NCBI GenBank assembly: GCA_963748215.1 | Contig: CAVVHS010000006.1 | Coordinates: 864,001 to 928,000, forward strand | DNA length: 64,000 nt | Reading direction: 5' to 3' | Source of the DNA: an uncultured Gammaproteobacteria bacterium | Lineage (GTDB): Bacteria; Pseudomonadota; Gammaproteobacteria; UBA9214 | Shown here: piece by piece, positions 1-9,668 of the stretch | How positions within the stretch are numbered: the first letter of the stretch is position 1 | Layout of the letters: each line of letters begins with the position of its first letter | The notes under the pieces: generated by a model | Seen by the model: the letters and a program-made list of their open reading frames with translations, nothing else | Databases searched by the model: none | Told to the model about the DNA's origin: nothing | Position numbers and translations under genes: made by a program

Positions 1-951
1 CATGATGACTTCCAGCCTGGCGGCCACCGCACTGGCGACGGTACGGCTGTTCTCGCCGACCAACATGAACACGGTGCTCATGACGACCTCATGTCCGTCC
101 TGGGTTGCCGCACCCGAGCGCAGCTCCCGGCCCAGGCCCACGGACGCGACGTCCCGGACACGAACCGGCACCCCTGCCTGTTGACTGACCACGATGTCAC
201 CTAATTCGTCCATCGCTCTGGCCTGACCGGGTACCCGCATCAGCAATTGTGCACCGTTGTGCTCAATGAACCCTGCCCCGCGGTTATCATTGTTTTGTTG
301 CAGCGCATTCAGAACATCAGTGTAGGTGAGGCCGAAGGCGAGCAACTTTGCCGGTTCGGGTGCGACCAATATTTCTTTTTTAAAGCCACCGATTGGATTG
401 ACTTCTACGACGCCGGGCACGCGCAACAGCTGTGGACGAATGATCCAGTCGTGGACGGAACGCAGATCGGTGGGCGTCACCGGGCTGCCATCCGGGTTGA
501 GCGCACCCGGCTCGGCATCCACCGTGAACATGAATATTTCACCCAGACCGGTGGCTATCGGTCCCAGCGTCGGCTCGAGCGAGGCAGGTAGATTGCCTTT
601 GGCAGCATTGAGGCGTTCACCCACTTGCTGGCGAGCAAAGTAGATATCGGTACCTTCCTCAAAGATGATGGTGACTTGCGACAGGCCATAGCGTGAAATC
701 GAGCGGGTGTACGCGAGTTGCGGCATTCCCGCCATAGCGGTCTCTACCGGAAAACTGACACGCTGCTCGACTTCCAGTGGTGTGTAACCCGGCGCTGCCG
801 TGTTGACGGTCACCTGGATATTGGTGATGTCGGGTACGGCATCAATCGGTAACTGGGTAAAGTTCCATACACCCAGGCCAGCCAGCACCAGCGTGAGCGC
901 CAGCACCAGCCCGCGTCGTCGCAGTGAGTAATTGATTATGTATTCCAGCAT
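1..951 (-). CDS. czcA: CzcA/CusA heavy-metal RND efflux permease, 5' part (runs off window)
   Basis: Manual translation from ATG at 951: MLEYIINYSLRRRGLVL...LPIDAVPDITNIQVTVNT..PGYTPLEVEQRVSFPVETAMAG, the HME-RND N-terminus; follows czcB. Confidence 0.9.
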   Translation of the reverse strand, partial: MLEYIINYSLRRRGLVLALTLVLAGLGVWNFTQLPIDAVPDITNIQVTVNTAAPGYTPLEVEQRVSFPVETAMAGMPQLAYTRSISRYGLSQVTIIFEEGTDIYFARQQVGERLNAAKGNLPASLEPTLGPIATGLGEIFMFTVDAEPGALNPDGSPVTPTDLRSVHDWIIRPQLLRVPGVVEVNPIGGFKKEILVAPEPAKLLAFGLTYTDVLNALQQNNDNRGAGFIEHNGAQLLMRVPGQARAMDELGDIVVSQQAGVPVRVRDVASVGLGRELRSGAATQDGHEVVMSTVFMLVGENSRTVASAVAARLEVIM

Positions 952-960
952 GACGTGACC

Positions 961-2223
961 TTAGTGATCGTGCGACGCGCCGGATTTTTCGATGTCGGCC
1001 TTGACGAGATAGCTGTTTTTGCTGACGTAATGCATTCCCGGCTCCAGCCCGCCGAGTACCTCTATCCACTCCCGGTCCTGCCTGCCGAGTTCCAGCATGC
1101 GCACTTCATACTCGTCACCGATCTGCGCATAGACCACGGTAAAATCGCGAAACGCTTGCAGACCCGTGCGCATCACCGCCAAAGGCACCGGGTGGGTACC
1201 CACGGTCACTTCAGCAGTCACGAAGGTGCCCGGCAAGAATCGCATTTCTGAGTTATCCAGTACGACGCGTGCCGTCACCGATTGATTGGTTTCTGCCTGG
1301 ACATTCACGCGTGCAATAGTGCTTTCGACAGGCTGACCGCCGGTTGCGGCAGTGATGGTGACAGGAGCACCGGCGATTACGCGTGCGCGATCAGCAGGGA
1401 AAACGGAGAGATCGACCCACACGGATGATGTATCCGTGATGGTGAACAGCGTGCGCCCGTCGGTCTGCTCACCGGGGTTGGCATCGCGCTGAGTGATCAC
1501 ACCGCTGATCGGTGCCTTGATCGTATACGACTTGAGACTTTCATTGCTCTCGATCTTTGCCAGTGTCTGCCCTTCGCGAACGGTGTCGCCAAGCGAGGGA
1601 ATCACCGACTGAATGACGCCATCAAAACGTGCGCTGACTTCACGAACCCGCTCGGTGTTGGTCATGACGCGACCGTATACGGTGACCGTTTCCTGCAACA
1701 CGGCCGGCCCGGCGACCAGTGTTTCCAGTCCAAATGCCTCGGCCACCTCGGCGCTGATCTTCGTACGCCCCTCAAAGTTATCGTACTGCCAACGATGGGT
1801 CTTGCCGTTATAGACGGCCTCGATGGACACCACAAACGAGTGCGGCTCGTAAATGACCGTATCACCGCGCAGGAAATCTTCCTGGGTCTTGAAGCCAATG
1901 GTATCGACGCGATCACCCAGTCGAGTCAGTTTTATAGTGAGATCGACGTCATCGGGTTTGACATGCTGGCCCTGTTCTGTCGCCCAGACACGAAACTCCG
2001 GAGGCACACCGGTCTCGAATATGGCCAGCTCCAGCACAAAGTCGCCATCGGTCAGTAATCGACCTCGATGAGGGCCTTTCTCGGGTTCAGGCTCTGTTTC
2101 CACGCCGTGCCCAAGCTTTGTTGCCGAGTCACGCTCCGAGTCGCCACCGCTGCAGGCCGTGAGCATGACACTCAGACAAATAATCCAGAAAAGGTGTGTT
2201 CGGGTGTTCATAAACGACCTCAT
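961..2223 (-). CDS. czcB: RND periplasmic adaptor (CzcB-like) with lipoprotein-like signal
   Basis: 420-aa ORF, LTAC lipobox, KGPHRGRLL motif, IKAPISGVI lipoyl-like motif, C-terminal GASHDH. Confidence 0.88.
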   Translation of the reverse strand: MRSFMNTRTHLFWIICLSVMLTACSGGDSERDSATKLGHGVETEPEPEKGPHRGRLLTDGDFVLELAIFETGVPPEFRVWATEQGQHVKPDDVDLTIKLTRLGDRVDTIGFKTQEDFLRGDTVIYEPHSFVVSIEAVYNGKTHRWQYDNFEGRTKISAEVAEAFGLETLVAGPAVLQETVTVYGRVMTNTERVREVSARFDGVIQSVIPSLGDTVREGQTLAKIESNESLKSYTIKAPISGVITQRDANPGEQTDGRTLFTITDTSSVWVDLSVFPADRARVIAGAPVTITAATGGQPVESTIARVNVQAETNQSVTARVVLDNSEMRFLPGTFVTAEVTVGTHPVPLAVMRTGLQAFRDFTVVYAQIGDEYEVRMLELGRQDREWIEVLGGLEPGMHYVSKNSYLVKADIEKSGASHDH

Positions 2224-3500
2224 GGCGATATTGCCGATTGCGCGATGCGCATACCGGTCAGGCGTTCAATCTCGATGGTATTGTTGTGTGCGTCAACGCT
2301 TGCCTCGACCAACGCACGGCGTGCCTCGAGCAGGTCTTTCTGCACTGTGTGCCATTCGAAGTAGCTATAGCGGCCGAGCTCATAAGCATTGCGTGTGTCT
2401 GTCAATGCCTGCTCCAGGTGCGGGATCACATCATCACGGAATGCTTTGGCCCGGTGCAGGCTGTGTTGCAGTTCCTGATAGATAACGAACAGTGATGTTT
2501 CGGTACGAATACGCGCGGCGGTGGCATCCGCGTCCGTTTGTGCCAGGCTGGCCTGAGCTTCAGCAATGCGGCCCTGGTTGCGATTGCGCAGCGTCAAGGG
2601 AATAGTTATGTTCGCTACGAGCGCCTCATCATCGCTAATTTCGAACCGGCGCACGCCTGCCGATACGCGCCAGTTTTGCTTGCGCTGCGCCTCAGCCAGG
2701 CGCAACTCCGCCTCGTCCACCCGCTGCTTCGACAGGAATCGGCTAATATCCGGATTGCGTTCAATGCGTGTTTTGAGGGTTGCGAAGGAGTCCGTGGTGG
2801 GGAGCGTCAGTATCTCTCCGTTTACACGCTTGAATCCCGGCTTGGTTTCACCCCACTGCGCGGCCAAACGGCGACTGGCAGATAACAAACTGTGTTCAAA
2901 GTCTTCCTGATTGAGTTTCATACGCGCCAGTTCGGCTTGAGCACGCGCCAATTCTGCCTGTGGCGATTTACCCGCCTGTACTCTGTTTTTGACAGCACTA
3001 ACAGTTTCTTGTGCAAGTTGCACGGCTTCGCTTGCGTTGACCATCTGTGCCTGGTAGGACAAACACGATAAAAACAGCCGGGCAGTTTCGGCGGCCGCAT
3101 CAAGGCGCATAATGTCCGCTTCTACTTCGAGTAGCGATACACCCGCACGGGCCGTCTCTAGACGGCGCTGCCGGACACCGCGCTCCAGAACCCAGGCAAT
3201 ACTCAGGGTGGTTTCCGCACCATCAAAACTCGTAAATTCGCCGGTTCCGAGTGCGTTCTCGACCATAAGGCTCAGTTCCGGATTGGGTGCCAGCCCGGCT
3301 TGCAATACCCGGCCGTCCTGCATCTGGAGCTGATGCCCGAAGGCGACCAGTTCTGGATTACGCACCAGGGTTCTGGCAACTGCTTCATTCAAGCCGATCA
3401 TCTGGCCATCACCAGCCAGGTCGGATTCCGCTTGAGCGATGGTGCCAAACAGCACTAGAAACAGGCATACACCCATCTGGCGTGTGAGATATTTCCACAT
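2220..3500 (-). CDS. czcC: TolC-family outer-membrane channel (CzcC-like)
   Basis: ORF with RNPEL, PNPELSL, IPLTLRNRNQG and YELGRYSYFE motifs; probable start ATG 3500 after GGAGA; overlaps czcB. Confidence 0.88.
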   Translation of the reverse strand: MWKYLTRQMGVCLFLVLFGTIAQAESDLAGDGQMIGLNEAVARTLVRNPELVAFGHQLQMQDGRVLQAGLAPNPELSLMVENALGTGEFTSFDGAETTLSIAWVLERGVRQRRLETARAGVSLLEVEADIMRLDAAAETARLFLSCLSYQAQMVNASEAVQLAQETVSAVKNRVQAGKSPQAELARAQAELARMKLNQEDFEHSLLSASRRLAAQWGETKPGFKRVNGEILTLPTTDSFATLKTRIERNPDISRFLSKQRVDEAELRLAEAQRKQNWRVSAGVRRFEISDDEALVANITIPLTLRNRNQGRIAEAQASLAQTDADATAARIRTETSLFVIYQELQHSLHRAKAFRDDVIPHLEQALTDTRNAYELGRYSYFEWHTVQKDLLEARRALVEASVDAHNNTIEIERLTGMRIAQSAISP

Positions 3501-3598
3501 GAACACGTCTCCCGTGTGCTCTACGGAGCACATATATCAGGCAAAGAACAAGACTGCCGACCGACACGTCAGGCGCTCGTCAGGCTATCTACCAGGAA

Positions 3599-3964
3599 TT
3601 AGAGGACGGGTTGGGGTGGTGCGCGCAGGGGGGGTCGCCAACGGGATCGATGACGTGCGGGAAAACGTTCGACAAGTAGAGGCAGAACCGTCGTGCTTGT
3701 CCGTATTGAGGGCAATAGGACGAATATAAATGCACCGAGAATCGGGATCAGTTTAGACCATGTAACACCCGGTTCGAAGGACGACACGTCGATTTCGTCA
3801 TCATGGCCGTGGCCATGCCCATAAGGGCCCGCATCGTGGAGGTGCATCCGGTGAAGCGCACTGCTCTGGCTATCTAGACTCACATGCAGATGCAATCCGC
3901 TCATCTGCATAGTCAGCAGGCTGAGGCATATGAGGGCAATGAGCAGTGCGGGGGATGAACGCAT
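3599..3964 (-). CDS. Small His-rich membrane protein upstream of czc (CzcI/DUF2946-like)
   Basis: 121 aa, hydrophobic N-terminus, HLH and HGHGHDD, C-terminal RPPLRAPP motif. Confidence 0.6.
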   Translation of the reverse strand: MRSSPALLIALICLSLLTMQMSGLHLHVSLDSQSSALHRMHLHDAGPYGHGHGHDDEIDVSSFEPGVTWSKLIPILGAFIFVLLPSIRTSTTVLPLLVERFPARHRSRWRPPLRAPPQPVL

Positions 3965-4251
3965 CTAGACAACACTACACATCGACTGCTTTTTTGACAA
4001 TAGTCGTATTGTTCTAGCTATCACCTGTCGAGGTCCCTGACGAATTGTTATTCTCACCGAAACAATCCGCTGCAATACGATAGATAAATCCCCATCACAC
4101 AGCGCATGGCACCGGTAGCGCACCTGGTTTTTGACCAGGCGCCGGGTAACGCATTACCCATTGTTTTCAGGAGAGCAGGGAAAATGGTAGAAAACAACAG
4201 CACGTAGAATAGACATGCAAAGTCTATTATAACTTGCTGTTATTATTGTCT

Positions 4252-4544
4252 TTGCACATCCGGTGAGATAACTCACCCCCTACGCGGCTCGCGCGGCGAC
4301 GTTCTCGGCAATGGCTCCCTGCATTGCTCTCGGCTCTGGCATGGCCCAGGCCAGTCTCTCGATCGCTGCGCGATCTCACCTGCTCCTGCTTCGCTCTACC
4401 GAGTCCATCCATGGACTCGTACCTCCTGCATGGCCCAGGCCAGCCTCTCGACCCGGGCTATGCCTGTAATAATGGCTCATCTTCTCCCTGCAGTCGTGCG
4501 CCGCCTTCGGCGGCTTGTCGAACTCCCGACTGCCTGGTTCGTAG
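4252..4544 (-). repeat. tRNA-Arg(ACG) 3'-half module A, T-loop split by about 250 bp of palindromic DNA
   Basis: Degenerate acceptor end ttgcacatccggtgagat at 4252; tcgaactcccgactgcctggttcgtag at 4518-4544. Confidence 0.8.
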
Positions 4545-4652
4545 TTAGCACTTTAGTCGCTGACTGTATGTATTTAATTGACATGCCTGAATTCTTACTC
4601 CGTTTTTTGGTTCACATCGTTTTCAGTTTACACATCAACCAGAAGCCCTGCG

Positions 4653-5018
4653 TCATCCGTCAAAAGCCAGCTTCATCTTCCTGGCTATCTTCTGCAAGCG
4701 CTGGTCGCGTGTCCAGATCAAGGCCATATCCGCTAATGTGGCAGATGCCAGAAGATGGGTATCGATATAACCGACACCCTGCCCCATCAGTTTATTGCTT
4801 TCGATAAAGTGCAACACCTCTTCATGCGAGGCCACTGGCGCCTGGGGCAAATCGTTGAGCAGCCTGATCACATCATCCCGCTTTTGCAGATTCCTACAGG
4901 CCAGCTCACCAATGACAAAGGTGTGCGCCAGTACCTGGCAGCTGTCGAGCAGATCTATAAGACGCTCGTCTCCAGTACGCAGATGATCGATCCAGACCGA
5001 GGTATCAACCAGGATCAT
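4653..5018 (-). CDS. vapC: VapC PIN-domain toxin
   Basis: MILVDTSVWIDHL..VIGELA..GYIDTHLLASA..WTRDQRL. Confidence 0.92.
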   Translation of the reverse strand: MILVDTSVWIDHLRTGDERLIDLLDSCQVLAHTFVIGELACRNLQKRDDVIRLLNDLPQAPVASHEEVLHFIESNKLMGQGVGYIDTHLLASATLADMALIWTRDQRLQKIARKMKLAFDG

Positions 5019-5215
5019 GCTGCCGGATCGGACTGCCGGCGGGGTATCGGTTTCAGTTGTGGTTCGCTGCCCCCCAGCCGGGCCAGTCGGCGGGCGCTCT
5101 CTCGTTCGATCAGGGCGCGCAATCCCTCACGCACCAGCGCGACTTTCTCACTTACCCCGGTAATCCGCTGGGCCTCGGCTAACAATTGGTCATCGATATT
5201 CAGTGTGGTTCTCAC
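5015..5215 (-). CDS. vapB: VapB antitoxin
   Basis: MRTTLNIDDQLLAEAQRITG; 4-nt overlap with vapC. Confidence 0.92.
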   Translation of the reverse strand: MRTTLNIDDQLLAEAQRITGVSEKVALVREGLRALIERESARRLARLGGSEPQLKPIPRRQSDPAA

Positions 5216-5249
5216 GGGCAGCTCCCGTCGTCAGAAGGCACGATTATTA

Positions 5250-5266
5250 ACATCATTTGATGATGT
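5250..5266. promoter_or_regulatory. Probable VapBC operator
   Basis: ACATCA-tttga-TGATGT inverted repeat just upstream of vapB. Confidence 0.5.
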
Positions 5267-5302
5267 ACTGGATGTACTGATTGTGCAAGGGTTGTCGCCT
5301 GA

Positions 5303-5946
5303 CCCGAGCCAGGCGAATTGCTAATTATCACCTGAAAACGGTGAGTTAGGCAGTCGTGTTCATGCTCGCAACCTTACCTACCCTGCTTTGCCATGAAGGA
5401 CCTGCTGATACTCCTCGCCCATCTATCGACTACCGTCGCCAAACTCCTGGGGCCTGGCGCTGCGAGGGCCATTGTCGCTGACAGCCTGCTCATGAAGCAG
5501 CAGCTTCTGGTCATTCATCGTTCGCGGTGACGCGCGCCCAATCTTTCGGCGCTTGATCTGTTTCTGTTTGGCTTCTGGACGCTGTTTCTCGATCCACACG
5601 TTATTCAGCGGGCTGCGGTGATTATTCGGCCATCAACGCTTTTGAAATTTCACGACCTGCTTAAAAATCGTAAGTACCGACTTCTGATTGGAACGATTCG
5701 TCGTGAATACCTGGATCACATCTTTTTCTGGAATGCGCACGACCTGGAGCGAAAACTTGAGGCTTTTAGGAAATACTACAACCAGAATCGGGTTCATCAA
5801 TCGCTAGCCGGTGATGCACCGGCGGTTGTTAGCGGCATTTCTCAAACTCAATGCGCAGATCTCAGCAACTATTCGTGGATGTCACACCGCAATGGACTTT
5901 TTCAAACCCAGGTCGCTGCATAAACAGGAATTCGCCAAGGACAGGG
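5303..5946 (+). mobile_element. Internally deleted integrase-core (DDE) transposase element, family A
   Basis: MKDLLILLAHL start at 5393 with stop/frameshift, fused to LIGTIRREYLDH..YYNQNRVHQSLAG; ends ggcgaatt / aattcgcc. Confidence 0.75.
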
Positions 5947-5996
5947 TCGTTTCCAGACATACCAGATTTAATCTGGCCTGATGTTCCTATACCAAG

Positions 5997-7421
5997 TCAG
6001 AAGCCGCCGCGGGTACGAAAGCCACCACCGCCGCGTCCCGTGCCAGCACCAAAGGTACCGCGCCGACGCGAGGACGGGTTACGCCATACCTTGCGCGAGC
6101 GGCCAAAACCGCCGCTGCCGAAATCCGGATTGGAGCGGGTCTGGCGATAGCGCTGGTTGCGCAGGATGGTACTCCACAGATCATCGGAACTGGCAACACC
6201 GCGCAGGAACTCGTTCAAGATTACGGCCAGCAATCCGGTATTGTCGAATTGGGAATTCATATCGTCGAAGCGTTCGCGCTTGAAGTTGCGCCTGACCCCT
6301 TGTAGTTCCTGCAGACGAGCCAAATGCCGCGTGTGCATCTGCTTGTGATGGTCCAGGGCATCCTGGTGCTGCCTCTTCTCGTTGTCTATATTGACGAGCT
6401 TTTGGATGATAAGGTCATCTTTCGTAGTCATCGTCATCTCGGCATGCTGGCGCAAGGATGAAAAACCTTCACGCTCGAACTCCGCTACCAGAGTGGTGAT
6501 GGCTTTGTTGAAGTACGGATCCTCTGCGGCAGCAAATCGTGCCTGTTCCTGCAATAGCTGGTTGAAGGTCTCTTCTTCCTGCTGGATGCGTTGATCGATC
6601 AGCCGGAGCGCCTGTTCGACCTGCTCCACTGCCGCGCGCAGCGCAGGGATGCCGTCTGCATCCGCAACCGCCGCTTCCATCGCTTCCAGGGCGGCAAAGG
6701 CGGCATCGGCGTCGCTGCGTACCCGCTGTGCATGTTCGCGCAGTCGGACCGGAATCTCGAGCAACATGGCGTAGTTGGGGCGGGCCGCGTGATAATCACA
6801 CAATCGCGCCACCTTCCTGTCGAGAAAGCGGGTCAGGGGCCCGGCCGAATAGCGGGATGTTCCGAAGTGTCTTTTCCACAGATACATGAACAGCGAATCC
6901 GCCTCATAGGGCCCGCCTTTCTCGACCCGGTCTGCCTCTGCCTGTGCCGTCTTTGCTTCCGCCTGTCCGGCAATATCGTCTGCCGCATGCGCGGCAGCGA
7001 GCAGCTCCTTATGGGCCGGGTCCTCCTCCAGGCGCTGCTGTGTCGTGGCTTCCACCGCGTCGAGTCGTTCCGCGGCCTGGTCGGCCTGCTGACGCGAGGT
7101 CTCACGTTCGGTATCCAGATCATCCTGTGCCTGTTGTGATGCCTCGATGCGTGACTGGAGTGTCTGCAACGCCTGCCCGCGTTCGGCCAGCAACGCCTGC
7201 ACGCGCCGATCGGCTGCATCGAGGCCTGTGATGATCTCCCCCCTGATCAGTTGATCAAGCCGCATTTCGGCCAGTTGCCGGTAGCCGTCCGCTTCTTCCT
7301 GCCTCAGGTGCACCAGCTTCCTGCTGGTAATTTGAACCTGGGTATCGAGCTCACGGACCTGCTGGCGCACCTGGCGCAGGCCCTGGTCGATTGAGGTGAG
7401 TGTTTGCGGGCCGCTCCACAT
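5997..7421 (-). CDS. Long coiled-coil protein with Gly-rich tail
   Basis: 474 aa, A/E/Q/R-rich heptads, ends GGGGFRTRGGF; third gene of operon. Confidence 0.8.
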   Translation of the reverse strand: MWSGPQTLTSIDQGLRQVRQQVRELDTQVQITSRKLVHLRQEEADGYRQLAEMRLDQLIRGEIITGLDAADRRVQALLAERGQALQTLQSRIEASQQAQDDLDTERETSRQQADQAAERLDAVEATTQQRLEEDPAHKELLAAAHAADDIAGQAEAKTAQAEADRVEKGGPYEADSLFMYLWKRHFGTSRYSAGPLTRFLDRKVARLCDYHAARPNYAMLLEIPVRLREHAQRVRSDADAAFAALEAMEAAVADADGIPALRAAVEQVEQALRLIDQRIQQEEETFNQLLQEQARFAAAEDPYFNKAITTLVAEFEREGFSSLRQHAEMTMTTKDDLIIQKLVNIDNEKRQHQDALDHHKQMHTRHLARLQELQGVRRNFKRERFDDMNSQFDNTGLLAVILNEFLRGVASSDDLWSTILRNQRYRQTRSNPDFGSGGFGRSRKVWRNPSSRRRGTFGAGTGRGGGGFRTRGGF

Positions 7422-7429
7422 GGTCCGGT

Positions 7430-8344
7430 CTACCAGGCGGTGATCGAGGCGCCGGTCGTCGGCATGGCATATTCGGGTGTGAGCTGGCCACGCCGCTTCA
7501 CGCCAAAGTCGCGCTTCTGGATTATTCCGTCGTCCTTTTTATCGGCGGCGATTTGTTGATACAGCTGCTCGCTTACCCGCAGCGCCCATTTGCTTACCTT
7601 ATAGGTCTTTCCATCCTCTTCATTGCGGACAGGTAACGTCAGCGTGCTGCCATCCGCAATCACCGCCTCGACGATAATGTAGTAGTTACGGGCATTGGGG
7701 TTGAGTTCTGGCATACGCCATACACCACTGGGTTCATCCGGCCGGGATACGATGCGCACGATGTATTCCTGTTCAAGCTGTGCACGCAGGTCCTTCAGTG
7801 AGGCAATTGCTTTCTCGGCTGCTTCGGTATCGTTTTCATGCAAGGCCACCTTGCCCTGTTTAAGGTACTGTTCCGCGCGTTCCCTTGCTTCGGGGAGCGT
7901 GGTTTGTTCGACAATGGCCTGTCGCTGTGTGGCCAGTTCGTCAGGGAGTGTTGCCAGACGGCGTTGTTGCGGGCCGCTGATCAGCGTTGCGTATACAATC
8001 ATTACCGCAGTGATGAGCGCCAGCATCACCAGCAGCGCCTTGCCCCAGGTGCCGCGGCTGATGTAGATGCGTGCGAGGATTACGCGTAAGCCCGGTTCGG
8101 GCGGCGTGTAGACAAAGCGCTCCTCATCCAGGGCCGCAACACCTTCGGCCAGCACATGATCGGGAACATCGATACCCTGGGCGGCATAGATCTCGCGCAG
8201 CCGCTTGATCAGTGTTTGCTCGCGCGCTTCCGTATTCAGTTCACGCTCGACCAGCAGCTGGCGATGCCGTAGTGTATCGACCACATCCATGGCCTGCATG
8301 ACTTCATCGAGTGGATGCCTGGTTGCCGTATTTGTCCCGGCCAT
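7430..8344 (-). CDS. DUF6384-family membrane protein
   Basis: LDEVMQAMDVVDTLRH..LREIYAAQGIDVPD..EGVAAL.EERFVY, one TM, NYYIIVEA. Confidence 0.8.
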   Translation of the reverse strand: MAGTNTATRHPLDEVMQAMDVVDTLRHRQLLVERELNTEAREQTLIKRLREIYAAQGIDVPDHVLAEGVAALDEERFVYTPPEPGLRVILARIYISRGTWGKALLVMLALITAVMIVYATLISGPQQRRLATLPDELATQRQAIVEQTTLPEARERAEQYLKQGKVALHENDTEAAEKAIASLKDLRAQLEQEYIVRIVSRPDEPSGVWRMPELNPNARNYYIIVEAVIADGSTLTLPVRNEEDGKTYKVSKWALRVSEQLYQQIAADKKDDGIIQKRDFGVKRRGQLTPEYAMPTTGASITAW

Positions 8345-8374
8345 GGTTCAGGGCTGCCTGTTGTCCGGGTTCTG

Positions 8375-9550
8375 TTATGACTGCCCTGGCAGCGTCAGCG
8401 GGAATGCCTTGCCTTCTTCGACCAGCCGTGCAAGGCGCTTCTTGCCTTCTTCCACCGCATCGCGGATTTCTTCAGCGTTCTGCGTGCTCAGCTTGCGCAT
8501 TTCCTCGATTATGATGCGCGAGTGTTCCTGGTAACTGACCACCGAATCAACGAGGCGTTTGACAGCATCGGCGCGAATAGTCGGGCCGTAGCCGGCCTTG
8601 ATGGCCTCTTCATGCACCTTGCCGCCGATATCGGCCAGGTCTTCAAGGCTCTTGTTGACACCCTCTTTCATCGCGTTCAGGGTCTCGGTGCTCTCGTGCA
8701 ATCCGTGCAGGCCGGTGAACGACGCACTCAACGCGGTTAATACGGTTTCATTGGTGCCGAAGAAGCTTATCGACTGCTGGTACACGCGCTCCTTGGCATT
8801 GGTGGTCTGGATGAGCCGTGCCATGACAACCTCCGAGGTGTGGTAGCTCACCGTCAGGTTATCGGAGAGATCCTTGCTGATCTGGTAACGCTGATCGGCA
8901 GTCTGAACATCACGCATACGTTCATCGCGCGTGAGTTCCAGGCGTGCGCGTTCGGCAGCATCTTCACCTGTATACTCGCCCAATGTGTTCATCGCAGCCT
9001 GCAGGTCGGCCTTGGCTATATCCAGCTTGCCCTGGGCGGTTTTCAGGACTTCCAGCGCCAGTACTTCGGACTCTTTCAGGGCGCCGCGGAAATCCTGGTA
9101 GGCGGTGAGAATCAGGTGTTCGCGCTGGATCTGATCTTTGGAATCATCAGCCACGTCCAGATACACCTTTTTGATATTATCGAAGCGGTCGGAGATATCG
9201 CCGCGGCTCACCTTCATCCAGACATTCTGTACACGTTCCCAGGTATTGACCTTGCCATCTTCTAATTGCTCGACCATCCCCTTGGCATCTTCGCGAATGC
9301 TGTTAAATGATTTGATTATTTCTTCATAGCGTTCGCCGATTTGCATGGCGCTGACCTGTTCGCGGACCACTTCATTGAATAGCGAGGCCTGGTTCAGTGT
9401 CATGGCGATTGCCACGACCTTCTCTTCATCCAGATCGGTAATCTGATTCAGTAATGCGATAACGGGGGCTTCCTCGTTACCCTCTGGCATCAGGTTGAGA
9501 TCACGCAGCGAGTTGAGCGCCTTGTCGAGATATTTTAAAGGTGTACTCAT
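8375..9550 (-). CDS. Helical protein of the 'cell surface protein' / TelA (toxic anion resistance)-like type
   Basis: 391 aa all-helical; FNEVVREQV, WMKVSRGDISDRF, GYGPTIRADAVKRLVDSVV; family assignment from recall. Confidence 0.65.
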   Translation of the reverse strand: MSTPLKYLDKALNSLRDLNLMPEGNEEAPVIALLNQITDLDEEKVVAIAMTLNQASLFNEVVREQVSAMQIGERYEEIIKSFNSIREDAKGMVEQLEDGKVNTWERVQNVWMKVSRGDISDRFDNIKKVYLDVADDSKDQIQREHLILTAYQDFRGALKESEVLALEVLKTAQGKLDIAKADLQAAMNTLGEYTGEDAAERARLELTRDERMRDVQTADQRYQISKDLSDNLTVSYHTSEVVMARLIQTTNAKERVYQQSISFFGTNETVLTALSASFTGLHGLHESTETLNAMKEGVNKSLEDLADIGGKVHEEAIKAGYGPTIRADAVKRLVDSVVSYQEHSRIIIEEMRKLSTQNAEEIRDAVEEGKKRLARLVEEGKAFPLTLPGQS

Positions 9551-9668
9551 GGGGTATTCCTCACCTGTAGTGGATTGCAGACTTGAGGGTGACCGTGCGG
9601 GTAACCGGGGTAAGCTGATGCATTAGTATAATACCTCCTGGCAGGCGTGTACTTATTCGAATATTCAG

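Noticed and set aside
4252-4544. Self-splicing intron in a tRNA T-loop
   Set aside because: No 5' exon, no group I/II core recognised, and the insert consists of REP-like palindromes
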